IMG/VR virus record: IMGVR_UViG_3300020166_000084 | Location: 1-29,160 of that record | Length of the DNA stretch: 29,160 nucleotides | Strand: one strand, 5' to 3' | From: a virus | Lineage: Duplodnaviria > Caudoviricetes | Shown here: positions 1 to 8,390 of the stretch, one piece after another | Numbering within the stretch: position 1 is the first letter of the stretch | How the letters are laid out: each line of letters begins with the position of its first letter | Translations under genes and position numbers: made by a program | Notes under the pieces: model-generated | What the model was told of the DNA's origin: nothing | Seen by the model: the letters and a program-made list of their open reading frames with translations, nothing else | Database searches by the model: none

Positions 1-201
1 ATCCAAGGAGCAACAGGAGCACAAGGAGCTGTTGGAGCTAAAGGAGATCAAGGAGATCAAGGAATCCAAGGAGTAACAGGAGCACAAGGAGCTGTTGGAG
101 CAACAGGTCTTAAAGGAGATCAAGGAGATCAAGGAATCCAAGGAGCAACAGGAGCACAAGGAGCTGTTGGAGCTAAAGGAGATCAAGGAGATCAAGGAAT
201 C
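1..201 (+). repeat. Near-identical 63/72-nt tandem units within collagen 0
   Basis: atccaagg recurs at 1, 64, 136 and 199 (spacing 63, 72, 63 nt = 7, 8, 7 triplets). Confidence 0.8.
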
Positions 202-555
202 CAAGGTATTCAAGGAGTTCAAGGAGCTGTTGGAGCTAAAGGAGATAAAGGAGATAAAGGAGATACTGGAGCTCAAGGAGCAACAGGAGCTCAAGGAGCA
301 GTTGGTCCTACTGGAGCACAAGGAGTAGACGGAACAACAGGATCTACTGGAGCACAAGGATCACAAGGAGCTCAATTATCTTTAATCGCATCTAGTGGTA
401 TTGATATTAGTAATAATGTATTAGGAGGAACAACAGACGTTATTGATTTAGATTCATCTGGAAAAGTAGTTTTATCAACAAAAACTATCGATTTCGGAGG
501 AGGAACAACAATAGTAAAAGATGATTCAACTGGAGACATTCTATTTAACTTCTAA
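1..555 (+). CDS. Collagen-like (Gly-X-Y) fibre protein, 5'-truncated
   Basis: Not in the ORF track (no start codon in the window). Frame 1 reads [20 protein letters not shown]... as uninterrupted Gly-X-Y to about nt 372, then a ~60-aa non-collagenous C-terminus ending ...STGDILFNF, with TAA at 553-555. Confidence 0.9.
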   Translation: MQGATGAQGAVGAKGDQGDQGIQGVTGAQGAVGATGLKGDQGDQGIQGATGAQGAVGAKGDQGDQGIQGIQGVQGAVGAKGDKGDKGDTGAQGATGAQGAVGPTGAQGVDGTTGSTGAQGSQGAQLSLIASSGIDISNNVLGGTTDVIDLDSSGKVVLSTKTIDFGGGTTIVKDDSTGDILFNF

Positions 556-604
556 TCGATGACAAAACTAAATAGAATAAATATAAAAAATAAAATACTA
601 AAAG

Positions 605-2947
605 ATGGCAATGAAATTTAATGTAAACACTGGTGTATTTGAAGCCGACATTTTTGAAGAAGGTACAACAAATACCGGTTTAAATCCATCACAAGGTACT
701 GTATTTGCTAATGCTTATTTTGAAGAAATAAATGCCGGGGTCCCCGTATTGGGGGCCCAGGGTACTGGTGTAGTATATGCTAGTTATGAATTTGATGGTG
801 TTATGAAAATGGATTCTAATTCTACAATTGGAAACAACCAAATATTAACAACAAATAATTTTGTAGCAAGTAATTACCCAGATCTTAAAGGAGCTATAGG
901 ACATATTGGTTTAATAGGAGCACAGGGAGCTACAGGTGAAAAAGGGTTTCAAGGTTCAACTGGATCTACGGGGTTTAATGGTATTCAAGGTACTAAAGGA
1001 GCTCAAGGATCTAATGGCCTAAAGGGATCTGATGGACCTGACGGTGACATCGGTTATCAAGGAGCACAAGGTTCTCAAGGAGATAGAGGTTATCAAGGAG
1101 CAACTGGTTTAAATGGTTATAAAGGATCACAAGGAGCTACTGGAATTAATGGAGCAGTCGGTCCAAGAGGTTATCAAGGAACTCAAGGAGCTATTGGTAA
1201 TAATGGACCACAAGGAACTCAAGGAGCTAAAGGTAATCAAGGATCAACAGGATCAAAAGGAGCAGACTCAGATAGAGGAGCTCAAGGAGCTGTTGGAGAC
1301 AGAGGTTATAAAGGACCAACTGGATTATCAGGAGACAGAGGAGCACAAGGAGCTACTGGAGATAAAGGATTTATAGGATTAAAAGGAAATAATGGAGCCC
1401 AAGGAGCTGTTGGTAATACTGGTCTTACTGGACCACAAGGACCTCAGGGATCTACTGGAGCAAAGGGTTTTCAAGGAGCTATAGGTACTAAAGGTAATCA
1501 AGGTGGAGCTGGTGATACAGGTACACAAGGAGTTACTGGAAAACCAGGTTATCAAGGAGGAATAGGAGATCAAGGAAATAATGGACCACAAGGTTCTACT
1601 GGAGGAGTTGGTACTAAAGGAGCCCAAGGATCTCAAGGATCTACTGGGCCAATCGGATTTAAAGGATCACAAGGATCTACCGGTATTATAGGAGACCAAG
1701 GATCTACTGGACCAAGAGGACCTCAAGGATCTCAAGGATCTACCGGAGCTACTGGAAACATTGGACCTGTTGGAACTCAAGGATCTGCCGGATTAGGCGG
1801 AAATAGAGGACCACAAGGATCACAAGGAGCTACTGGACCTAAAGGTTTTGCTGGAGCCCCTGGATTTAAAGGTATTAAAGGAGACCAAGGATCTGGAGGA
1901 CCAAGAGGACCTCAAGGATCTCAAGGATCTACCGGAACTACTGGAAACATTGGACCTGTTGGAACTCAAGGATCTGCCGGATTAGGTGGAAATAGAGGAC
2001 CACAAGGATCACAAGGAGCTACTGGACCTACAGGATTTAAAGGATTTATCGGACTCAAAGGTCTTAAAGGAAACCAGGGATCTACTGGACCAAAAGGAAC
2101 TCAAGGAGCTCAAGGAGCTGAAGGAGCCGGTGGAAACACTGGACCAGTCGGAACTCAAGGAGCCGCCGGAGGTGGTGGAAGTAGAGGACCACAAGGATCG
2201 CAAGGAGCTGACGGAGCTTATGGATTTAAAGGATTAACCGGACACAGAGGACCTCAAGGATCTCAGGGTGGAAGCGGACCAAGAGGACCCCAAGGATTAG
2301 AAGGAGATTATGGATTTAAAGGACCAACTGGACCTGTTGGAAATCAAGGAGCTAACGGATTCCAAGGTTATAAAGGATATATTGGAATACAGGGATCTAC
2401 TGGACCAAAAGGTTATATAGGTTTTAAAGGTATTACTGGAGAACTTGGTTTTAAAGGAGCAACTGGAGCAACTGGAGTTCAAGGTTATAAAGGACCAATT
2501 GGACCTAAAGGAAATCAAGGAACTGCAGGACCAAAAGGAAATCAAGGAACACCCGGGCCTTTAGGACCTAAAGGTATTACCGGACCAACTGGACCACAAG
2601 GAGGATCAGGAGCAAGAGGACCTCAAGGAAATCAAGGAGGACAGCCGGCAACAACTGGAGCTGGAGCACAAGGTTATCGAGGAGTTCAAGGAAATCAAAT
2701 GGCTGACGGAGCACAAGGAGCAACCGGAGCTGTTGGTAATCAAGGAGGAGCAGGAGCCACAGGTAGTGCTGGAGCACCAGGACCAAGAGGACCAAAGGGA
2801 GCTACAGGACCATCAGTTGGAGGATTAACTGGACCACAAGGGGCTAAAGGAATTCAAGGTCTTAATGCAGCTAATGGAACTGGAACAACTGGAACATTAT
2901 ATCACAATTTTGGTTCGTCATCCGTTAGTAACGGAAGGGTTAACTAA
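605..2947 (+). CDS. Collagen-like fibre protein, chain 1 (780 aa)
   Basis: 95-aa N-terminal domain, Gly-X-Y from G96 to about residue 759, short C-terminal motif GTTGTLYHNFGSSSVSNGRVN. Confidence 0.93.
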   Translation: MAMKFNVNTGVFEADIFEEGTTNTGLNPSQGTVFANAYFEEINAGVPVLGAQGTGVVYASYEFDGVMKMDSNSTIGNNQILTTNNFVASNYPDLKGAIGHIGLIGAQGATGEKGFQGSTGSTGFNGIQGTKGAQGSNGLKGSDGPDGDIGYQGAQGSQGDRGYQGATGLNGYKGSQGATGINGAVGPRGYQGTQGAIGNNGPQGTQGAKGNQGSTGSKGADSDRGAQGAVGDRGYKGPTGLSGDRGAQGATGDKGFIGLKGNNGAQGAVGNTGLTGPQGPQGSTGAKGFQGAIGTKGNQGGAGDTGTQGVTGKPGYQGGIGDQGNNGPQGSTGGVGTKGAQGSQGSTGPIGFKGSQGSTGIIGDQGSTGPRGPQGSQGSTGATGNIGPVGTQGSAGLGGNRGPQGSQGATGPKGFAGAPGFKGIKGDQGSGGPRGPQGSQGSTGTTGNIGPVGTQGSAGLGGNRGPQGSQGATGPTGFKGFIGLKGLKGNQGSTGPKGTQGAQGAEGAGGNTGPVGTQGAAGGGGSRGPQGSQGADGAYGFKGLTGHRGPQGSQGGSGPRGPQGLEGDYGFKGPTGPVGNQGANGFQGYKGYIGIQGSTGPKGYIGFKGITGELGFKGATGATGVQGYKGPIGPKGNQGTAGPKGNQGTPGPLGPKGITGPTGPQGGSGARGPQGNQGGQPATTGAGAQGYRGVQGNQMADGAQGATGAVGNQGGAGATGSAGAPGPRGPKGATGPSVGGLTGPQGAKGIQGLNAANGTGTTGTLYHNFGSSSVSNGRVN
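1709..2290 (+). repeat. 189-nt (21-triplet) super-repeat, about 3 copies
   Basis: ggacca(aga/aaa)gga at 1709, 1898, 2087 and 2276; the first two copies are nearly identical. Confidence 0.9.
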
Positions 2948-2988
2948 AATATTATATTAAACATAAGAATTAAAAAAATAAAATAAAC

Positions 2989-5145
2989 ATGGCTAAACTT
3001 AAATTAGGAACTGAATTAGAAAATGATCTTATTCTCCATGCCGGTATTTTAAATAGTACTAATTATCCGCAATTCGTTGGACAGCAAGGTGCTCAAGGAT
3101 CTCAAGGAGATCTTGGATCTAAAGGATCTCAAGGAGCTACTGGTTCTGGAGGAGATAAAGGATTTCAAGGAAATCAAGGTTCTTTAGGATCTACTGGTAA
3201 CAATGGATATCAAGGATCTACTGGAGCTAAAGGTTCTCAAGGTTCTCAAGGTTCTTTAGGTAATAAAGGACCTCAAGGAGCTACTGGATCTGAAGGAGAT
3301 AGAGGATCTCAAGGATCTAACGGAGCTACTGGTTTCGAAGGAAACATAGGATCTCAAGGATCTACTGGCTCAACAGGGCCTGTTGGAGACCAAGGAGCTG
3401 TTGGAGATACTGGATTTAAAGGAGCCAATGGTGCTACTGGATTTACAGGATTTAAAGGAGCAACTAGTGCAACTGGACCAAAAGGATCTCAAGGATCACA
3501 AGGATTTACAGGATTTAAAGGAGCAACTAGTACAACTGGACCAAAGGGTTATCAAGGATCTCAAGGATTAAAAGGATTTACTGCTGCAACTGGACCAAAA
3601 GGATATACAGGATATATTGGATCAACTGGTTCTACTGGAACTGCAGGTTCTCAAGGAGCAACTGGAGCACAAGGAGCTAAAGGATCAACTGGAGCTAAAG
3701 GTTATACTGGAGCAACAGGATCAGAAGGTTTTCAAGGAGTACAGGGTAGTAAAGGACCCCAAGGAGCTGCAACAGGGGCTGCCCTTACGGGTTATAAAGG
3801 ATATATCGGATTAAAAGGTTTTACTGGAACTGCAGGTTCTCAAGGAGCACAGGGAGCTACTGGAGCCCCTGGTTATGAAGGATTTGTTGGAATTTCAGGA
3901 TCTCAAGGAGGAACAGGATCAACTGGAGACGGTGGAGATAAAGGATTTATCGGATTTAAAGGTTCTGATGGACCAGGAGGTTATAAAGGATATATTGGAT
4001 TAAAAGGTTCTACTGGACCTGGAGGTTCTCAAGGAACTCAAGGTTCTCAAGGAGCTCAGGGTTATGAAGGATTAATCGGAACTGCAGGTTCTCAAGGAGG
4101 TACAGGATCAACTGGACCTGGTGGAGATAAAGGATTTATCGGATTTAAGGGTTCTGATGGACCAGGAGGTTATAAAGGATATATTGGATTAAAAGGTTCT
4201 ACTGGACCTGGAGGTTCTCAAGGAGCACAAGGTTCTCAAGGAGCACAGGGTTATAAAGGATTTATCGGAATTTCAGGATCTCAAGGAAATACAGGATCAA
4301 CTGGACCTAGTGGAGATAAAGGATTTATCGGATTTAAAGGTTCTGATGGACCTGGAGGTTACAAAGGATATATTGGATTAAAAGGAGCTGTTGGAACAAC
4401 CGGAGGTCAAGGATCTCAAGGTGTAAGAGGACATCAAGGAGCTGGAGGAGCAGCTGGTAGTACTGGACCACAGGGGGTAACAGGAGTAAAAGGAAATCAA
4501 GGAGCTCAAGGTTATATAGGATTTAAAGGAGCTGGAGGACCAAGAGGTTTTCAAGGAGCACAAGGATCTCAAGGAAACCAAGGGATTGCAGGAAGTCAAG
4601 GTTCTCAAGGAGCACAAGGTTACGAAGGAACAAGAGGATATCAAGGAGCTGGAGGACCACAAGGATCAAGAGGATCTCAAGGTTATACTGGACCACAAGG
4701 TATAGTTGGTATTGGTGGACCTCAAGGAGCTCAAGGAGCTGCTGGACCTACTGGATATCAGGGAATTACTGGATCACAAGGATCTGGAGGACCAGGTGGT
4801 TATAAAGGTTTTAAAGGAGTAAATGGACCTGTTGGAAATACTGTAGGAGCTGGATTCCAAGGAGTTCAAGGTTATAAAGGACTAAACGGACCTGCTGGAC
4901 CAACCGGACCAACAGGTTATAAAGGACCAAACGGACCAACAGGTTATAAAGGACTTTTAGGTTTTCAAGGAAATCAAGGAAATACAGGATTAACTGGATC
5001 AACTGGAGCCGGACCACAAGGAGCTCAAGGAGCTCAAGGTTCTAATGGTGCATACGGAACAGGAGGAATGAATAACGTGATGGGATTCTTTGATGACAAC
5101 GTCGGTAACGCAGTTAACGTTCAAAATGGTTTTTGTAACTTTTAA
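2989..5145 (+). CDS. Collagen-like fibre protein, chain 2 (718 aa)
   Basis: 30-aa N-terminus (MAKLKLG...ILHAGILNSTNYPQFV), Gly-X-Y from G31 to 692, C-terminal motif GMNNVMG...VNVQNGFCNF. Confidence 0.93.
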   Translation: MAKLKLGTELENDLILHAGILNSTNYPQFVGQQGAQGSQGDLGSKGSQGATGSGGDKGFQGNQGSLGSTGNNGYQGSTGAKGSQGSQGSLGNKGPQGATGSEGDRGSQGSNGATGFEGNIGSQGSTGSTGPVGDQGAVGDTGFKGANGATGFTGFKGATSATGPKGSQGSQGFTGFKGATSTTGPKGYQGSQGLKGFTAATGPKGYTGYIGSTGSTGTAGSQGATGAQGAKGSTGAKGYTGATGSEGFQGVQGSKGPQGAATGAALTGYKGYIGLKGFTGTAGSQGAQGATGAPGYEGFVGISGSQGGTGSTGDGGDKGFIGFKGSDGPGGYKGYIGLKGSTGPGGSQGTQGSQGAQGYEGLIGTAGSQGGTGSTGPGGDKGFIGFKGSDGPGGYKGYIGLKGSTGPGGSQGAQGSQGAQGYKGFIGISGSQGNTGSTGPSGDKGFIGFKGSDGPGGYKGYIGLKGAVGTTGGQGSQGVRGHQGAGGAAGSTGPQGVTGVKGNQGAQGYIGFKGAGGPRGFQGAQGSQGNQGIAGSQGSQGAQGYEGTRGYQGAGGPQGSRGSQGYTGPQGIVGIGGPQGAQGAAGPTGYQGITGSQGSGGPGGYKGFKGVNGPVGNTVGAGFQGVQGYKGLNGPAGPTGPTGYKGPNGPTGYKGLLGFQGNQGNTGLTGSTGAGPQGAQGAQGSNGAYGTGGMNNVMGFFDDNVGNAVNVQNGFCNF
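3790..4390 (+). repeat. 189-nt (21-triplet) super-repeat, about 3 copies
   Basis: (g/a)gtggagataaaggatttatcggattt at 3931, 4120 and 4309. Confidence 0.9.
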
Positions 5146-5192
5146 TAACTAATAACTTTAATAAATAATAAAATAAAATAAAATAAAATAGA

Positions 5193-7328
5193 ATGGCTAA
5201 ATTAAGAACAGGATCTCTCATATCAGGCGTATCTAACTTTTTACATGAAGGCAACTTCAACCCTAATAATTACACGTATTTTACAGGTAATCAAGGTGAT
5301 AAAGGAGCTACTGGAGAAAAAGGAACGACTGGATCTGGAGGATTTAAAGGAGCCCAAGGTTCTAAAGGAGCAACAGGATTAACTGGAGCAACTGGTGATA
5401 GAGGTTTTCAAGGAGCTATAGGAAATAGCCCTACAGGACCTACTGGATTAAAGGGAGCAATTGGAGTAACACATACAGGATATAAAGGATCACAAGGTTC
5501 TACCGGAGCCGGCGGAGACAGAGGTTTTCAAGGAGCCCAAGGTTCTACATTAACAGGTTACACTGGATATAAAGGAGCTCAAGGTATTACAGTAAAAGGA
5601 TATCAAGGAGCAAAAAGAGAAAGAGGTTTTCAAGGAGCAACTGGTGATACATTAAATGCTTATACTGGAGATACTGGAGCTAAAGGTTATCAAGGAGATC
5701 AAGGATCACAAGTTGCAGCTTTCAGAGGAGATCAAGGAGCTATTGGAACACAGGGTTCTCAAGGAGATCTTGTTAGAGGAGTACAAGGATCACAAGGAGC
5801 ACAGGGAACTAAAGGTTTTAAAGGTTCACAGCCTACTGGTTTTACTGGAAATCAAGGATCAACTGGTGAAAGAGGAACTCAAGGTTCTTCTCCAAAAGGA
5901 AATCAAGGAGCAATAGGATTAATTGGACCAACAGGTTTAAAAGGTTCTTCTCCAAGAGGAGCCCAAGGAGCACAAGGAGCCCAAGGAGATAAAGGATTTA
6001 AAGGAGCACAGCCAACTGGACCAGGTGGAGATAGAGGAAATCAAGGAGCACAAGGACTTAAAGGAGCACAACCAGGAGGTTATAAAGGAATTAAAGGAGC
6101 ACAAGGATCACAAGGATCACAAGGTTCTTCTCCAAGAGGAACACAAGGAGCTCAAGGAGCTCAAGGTTATATAGGATTTAAAGGAGCACAGCCTGGCGGA
6201 AACACCGGAGCTAGAGGACCACAGGGAGACCAAGGAGCTAAAGGAGCTCAACCTGGAGGTTATACTGGATTTAAAGGAGCACAAGGATCACAAGGATCAC
6301 AAGGTTCTTCTCCAAGAGGAACACAAGGAGCTCAAGGAGCTCAAGGTTACATAGGACTTAAAGGAGCACAACCAACAGGAGCAACTGGATCTAGAGGACC
6401 ACAGGGAGATCAAGGAGCTAAAGGAGCTCAACCTGGAGGTTATACTGGATTTAAAGGAGATCAAGGACCCCAAGGACCCCAAGGTTCTTCTCCAAGAGGA
6501 ACACAAGGAGCCCAAGGACCCCAAGGTTATAAAGGATTTATAGGTTTAACGCCTACCGGGCCTCAAGGATCTCAAGGAGCTGGAGGTTATAAAGGATTTA
6601 TTGGACCATCACCAACAGGTTATAAAGGACCTATAGGTAATATAGGACCTCAAGGAAATCAAGGTTCTTCTCCAAGAGGACCAAATGGAGCAGCAGGACA
6701 AATAGGTTCTACTGGACCAAAAGGAGCTCAACCCGGAGGAAATAGAGGACCTCAAGGAAGTCAAGGTTCACAGGGTGTAGTTGGAAATTCTCCTACTGGA
6801 CCAAAAGGTTATCAAGGAACTGAAGGAGCCCCTGGTGAAAGAGGAACAGGACCTGTAGGTTATAAAGGACCTCAAGGAACTCAGGGATTACTTGGAAATT
6901 CTCCTACTGGACCAAGAGGACCTCAAGGAGCACAAGGTTATACAGGTTTTAAAGGACCAACTGGTGCAAGAGGACCTCAAGGACAAAGAGGAGTTCAAGG
7001 ATATATTGGAGTTTCAGCTGGAGCTGGGCCAAGAGGACCTCAAGGAGCTACTGGACCAAGAGGAGTTCAAGGAGGAAGAGGAAATCAAGGAGCTAAAGGA
7101 CTTAATGGATTCCAAGGAGATACTGGAGCAGGTAATGGAACTGGACCAACTGGACCACAAGGAATTAAAGGAGCATCAGGATCAAGTTATACTGGATTTA
7201 ACGGTACTTTATATTTTAATCAGTATGATGTTGCATTCCAGCATGGTTTAGTAGTAGCTATAACTAACACCGGTGGAGGACCACCACCTCCAGGAGGAGG
7301 AGGAGACGAAGGTGGAGGAAGATTATAA
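5193..7328 (+). CDS. Collagen-like fibre protein, chain 3 (711 aa), periodically interrupted
   Basis: 31-aa N-terminus (MAKLRTG...FLHEGNFNPNNYTYFT), Gly-X-Y with 27 one-residue-deletion interruptions, C-terminal motif GFNGTLYFN...FQHGLVV and a Gly/Pro tail. Confidence 0.93.
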   Translation: MAKLRTGSLISGVSNFLHEGNFNPNNYTYFTGNQGDKGATGEKGTTGSGGFKGAQGSKGATGLTGATGDRGFQGAIGNSPTGPTGLKGAIGVTHTGYKGSQGSTGAGGDRGFQGAQGSTLTGYTGYKGAQGITVKGYQGAKRERGFQGATGDTLNAYTGDTGAKGYQGDQGSQVAAFRGDQGAIGTQGSQGDLVRGVQGSQGAQGTKGFKGSQPTGFTGNQGSTGERGTQGSSPKGNQGAIGLIGPTGLKGSSPRGAQGAQGAQGDKGFKGAQPTGPGGDRGNQGAQGLKGAQPGGYKGIKGAQGSQGSQGSSPRGTQGAQGAQGYIGFKGAQPGGNTGARGPQGDQGAKGAQPGGYTGFKGAQGSQGSQGSSPRGTQGAQGAQGYIGLKGAQPTGATGSRGPQGDQGAKGAQPGGYTGFKGDQGPQGPQGSSPRGTQGAQGPQGYKGFIGLTPTGPQGSQGAGGYKGFIGPSPTGYKGPIGNIGPQGNQGSSPRGPNGAAGQIGSTGPKGAQPGGNRGPQGSQGSQGVVGNSPTGPKGYQGTEGAPGERGTGPVGYKGPQGTQGLLGNSPTGPRGPQGAQGYTGFKGPTGARGPQGQRGVQGYIGVSAGAGPRGPQGATGPRGVQGGRGNQGAKGLNGFQGDTGAGNGTGPTGPQGIKGASGSSYTGFNGTLYFNQYDVAFQHGLVVAITNTGGGPPPPGGGGDEGGGRL
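5583..6900 (+). repeat. 60-nt (20-aa) periodic unit with a 180-nt higher-order repeat
   Basis: G-x-x-x-x pentamers at 5583, 5643 ... 6843, exactly 60 nt apart; aaggttcttctccaagagga at 5941, 6121, 6301, 6481 and 6661. Confidence 0.92.
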
Positions 7329-7354
7329 TCTACTCAATCTTAGATAAAAAAATT

Positions 7355-7380
7355 AAAGAGGACTTCGGTCCTCTTTTTTT
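7355..7380 (+). terminator. Rho-independent terminator with cUUCGg tetraloop
   Basis: aaagaggac-ttcg-gtcctcttt followed by a T run, just after the last collagen gene. Confidence 0.92.
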
Positions 7381-7405
7381 ATGCATAAAAATAAAAAGAA
7401 TAAAT

Positions 7406-7432
7406 AAACTAAATACATTTATTTAATATAAT
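7406..7432 (+). promoter_or_regulatory. Putative phage 'middle' promoter, AAAC-N17-TATAAT
   Basis: AAAC at 7406-7409 and TATAAT at 7427-7432; the same spacing occurs at five other upstream sites. Confidence 0.7.
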
Positions 7433-7453
7433 AATTAAACAATTTTTAGTAAT

Positions 7454-8377
7454 ATGCATTTAACAAAAAACCAAAATGTTAGACTTCATGTTGATTCTGT
7501 TAATAGAGTAAATGAATCATACCAAATCCAAGGTTGGATTGGAACAAACATAAGTGCTATAGTTGATATTCATATTGATGGATATTCTATCGTTCCATCA
7601 TTTTCAGAAAGAGAAGACGTTAAACAAGTATATCTAAACTTAGAAGGAGATTCTCTAGGTTTTAATATATTAGTTAATAAAATAGATATTAATAAAGATA
7701 TTTCTATAATTTTAGAAAATGGCGAAACCATATCAAACGTATACTGTTTTTCTGGAGATGTCGTTGCAGGTTCAGGTTTCAATAGAACTGATAAGGATGT
7801 TATCGTAGTAGATAATTTTTATGCAGATCCAGATTTAGTAAGAGAATACACTATGAACAATCTTGAATTCAAACCTTCAGGATATCATAAAGGACAAAGA
7901 TCAACTTCTAAGTTTATATTAGAAGGTACTAAAGAAAAATTAGAAGAAGTTATTGGTAAAAAAATAAAAAACTGGAACTATGAAAGATATGCAAATGGTG
8001 TTTTTCAGTTTTGTACAGCAGATCAACCTATAGTGTACCATGTTGATACACAAATGTATGCTGCGATGGTTTATTTAACACCAGACGCTCCACCTCAAAC
8101 AGGTACTGCAATGTATAGAAGCAAGGTAAATGGAATAAATGTATTTCCAACTCCTGAATCAATGTCAACCAAAGAATATGCAGATGCTTTTACAGGAACA
8201 AATGACGGTATGAATTTTTACGATGGAACTCTTTTTGAAAAAATAGATGATGTCGGAAACGTATATAATAGATTAGTAATTTTTAATTCATCACAAATAC
8301 ACGCAGCAACAGAATACTTTGGAGATGCAATCGACAACGCTAGATATTTCCACATGTTCTTCTTTGATGTAGAATAA
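7454..8377 (+). CDS. 2OG-Fe(II) oxygenase (DUF6445-like) with an extra N-terminal beta domain
   Basis: IVVDNFYADPD, H-x-D (YHVD), AAMVYLTP, NRLVIF..IH and a distal R form the DSBH facial-triad pattern. The N-terminal ~110 aa carry GW..RxDV..GF, reminiscent of Ig-like domains in glycan enzymes. Confidence 0.75.
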   Translation: MHLTKNQNVRLHVDSVNRVNESYQIQGWIGTNISAIVDIHIDGYSIVPSFSEREDVKQVYLNLEGDSLGFNILVNKIDINKDISIILENGETISNVYCFSGDVVAGSGFNRTDKDVIVVDNFYADPDLVREYTMNNLEFKPSGYHKGQRSTSKFILEGTKEKLEEVIGKKIKNWNYERYANGVFQFCTADQPIVYHVDTQMYAAMVYLTPDAPPQTGTAMYRSKVNGINVFPTPESMSTKEYADAFTGTNDGMNFYDGTLFEKIDDVGNVYNRLVIFNSSQIHAATEYFGDAIDNARYFHMFFFDVE

Positions 8378-8390
8378 AATTTAAGATTTA

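Noticed and set aside
2222-2252. GFKGLTGHRG resembling vertebrate collagen cross-link sites (GMKGHR)
   Set aside because: A single loose match in low-complexity sequence; it is not evidence of eukaryotic origin.
5166-5190. (AAAAT)4 microrepeat before collagen chain 3
   Set aside because: Best explained as an A-rich translation initiation region; a similar tract precedes phoH.
5583-6900. Regularly spaced direct repeats resembling a CRISPR array
   Set aside because: The repeats lie in frame within a long ORF, vary at synonymous positions, have no unique spacers, and there are no cas genes.
95-7251. Off-frame + strand ORFs rich in KEL/KDL and minus-strand Ser/Leu-rich ORFs inside the collagen genes (for example 95-328, 1113-1376, 1379-1636, 5656-5916, 6892-7251)
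   Set aside because: These are shadows of the repeated GGA-NNN-CAA/AAA codon pattern; many lack ATG starts or leaders, and their coiled-coil appearance is an artefact.
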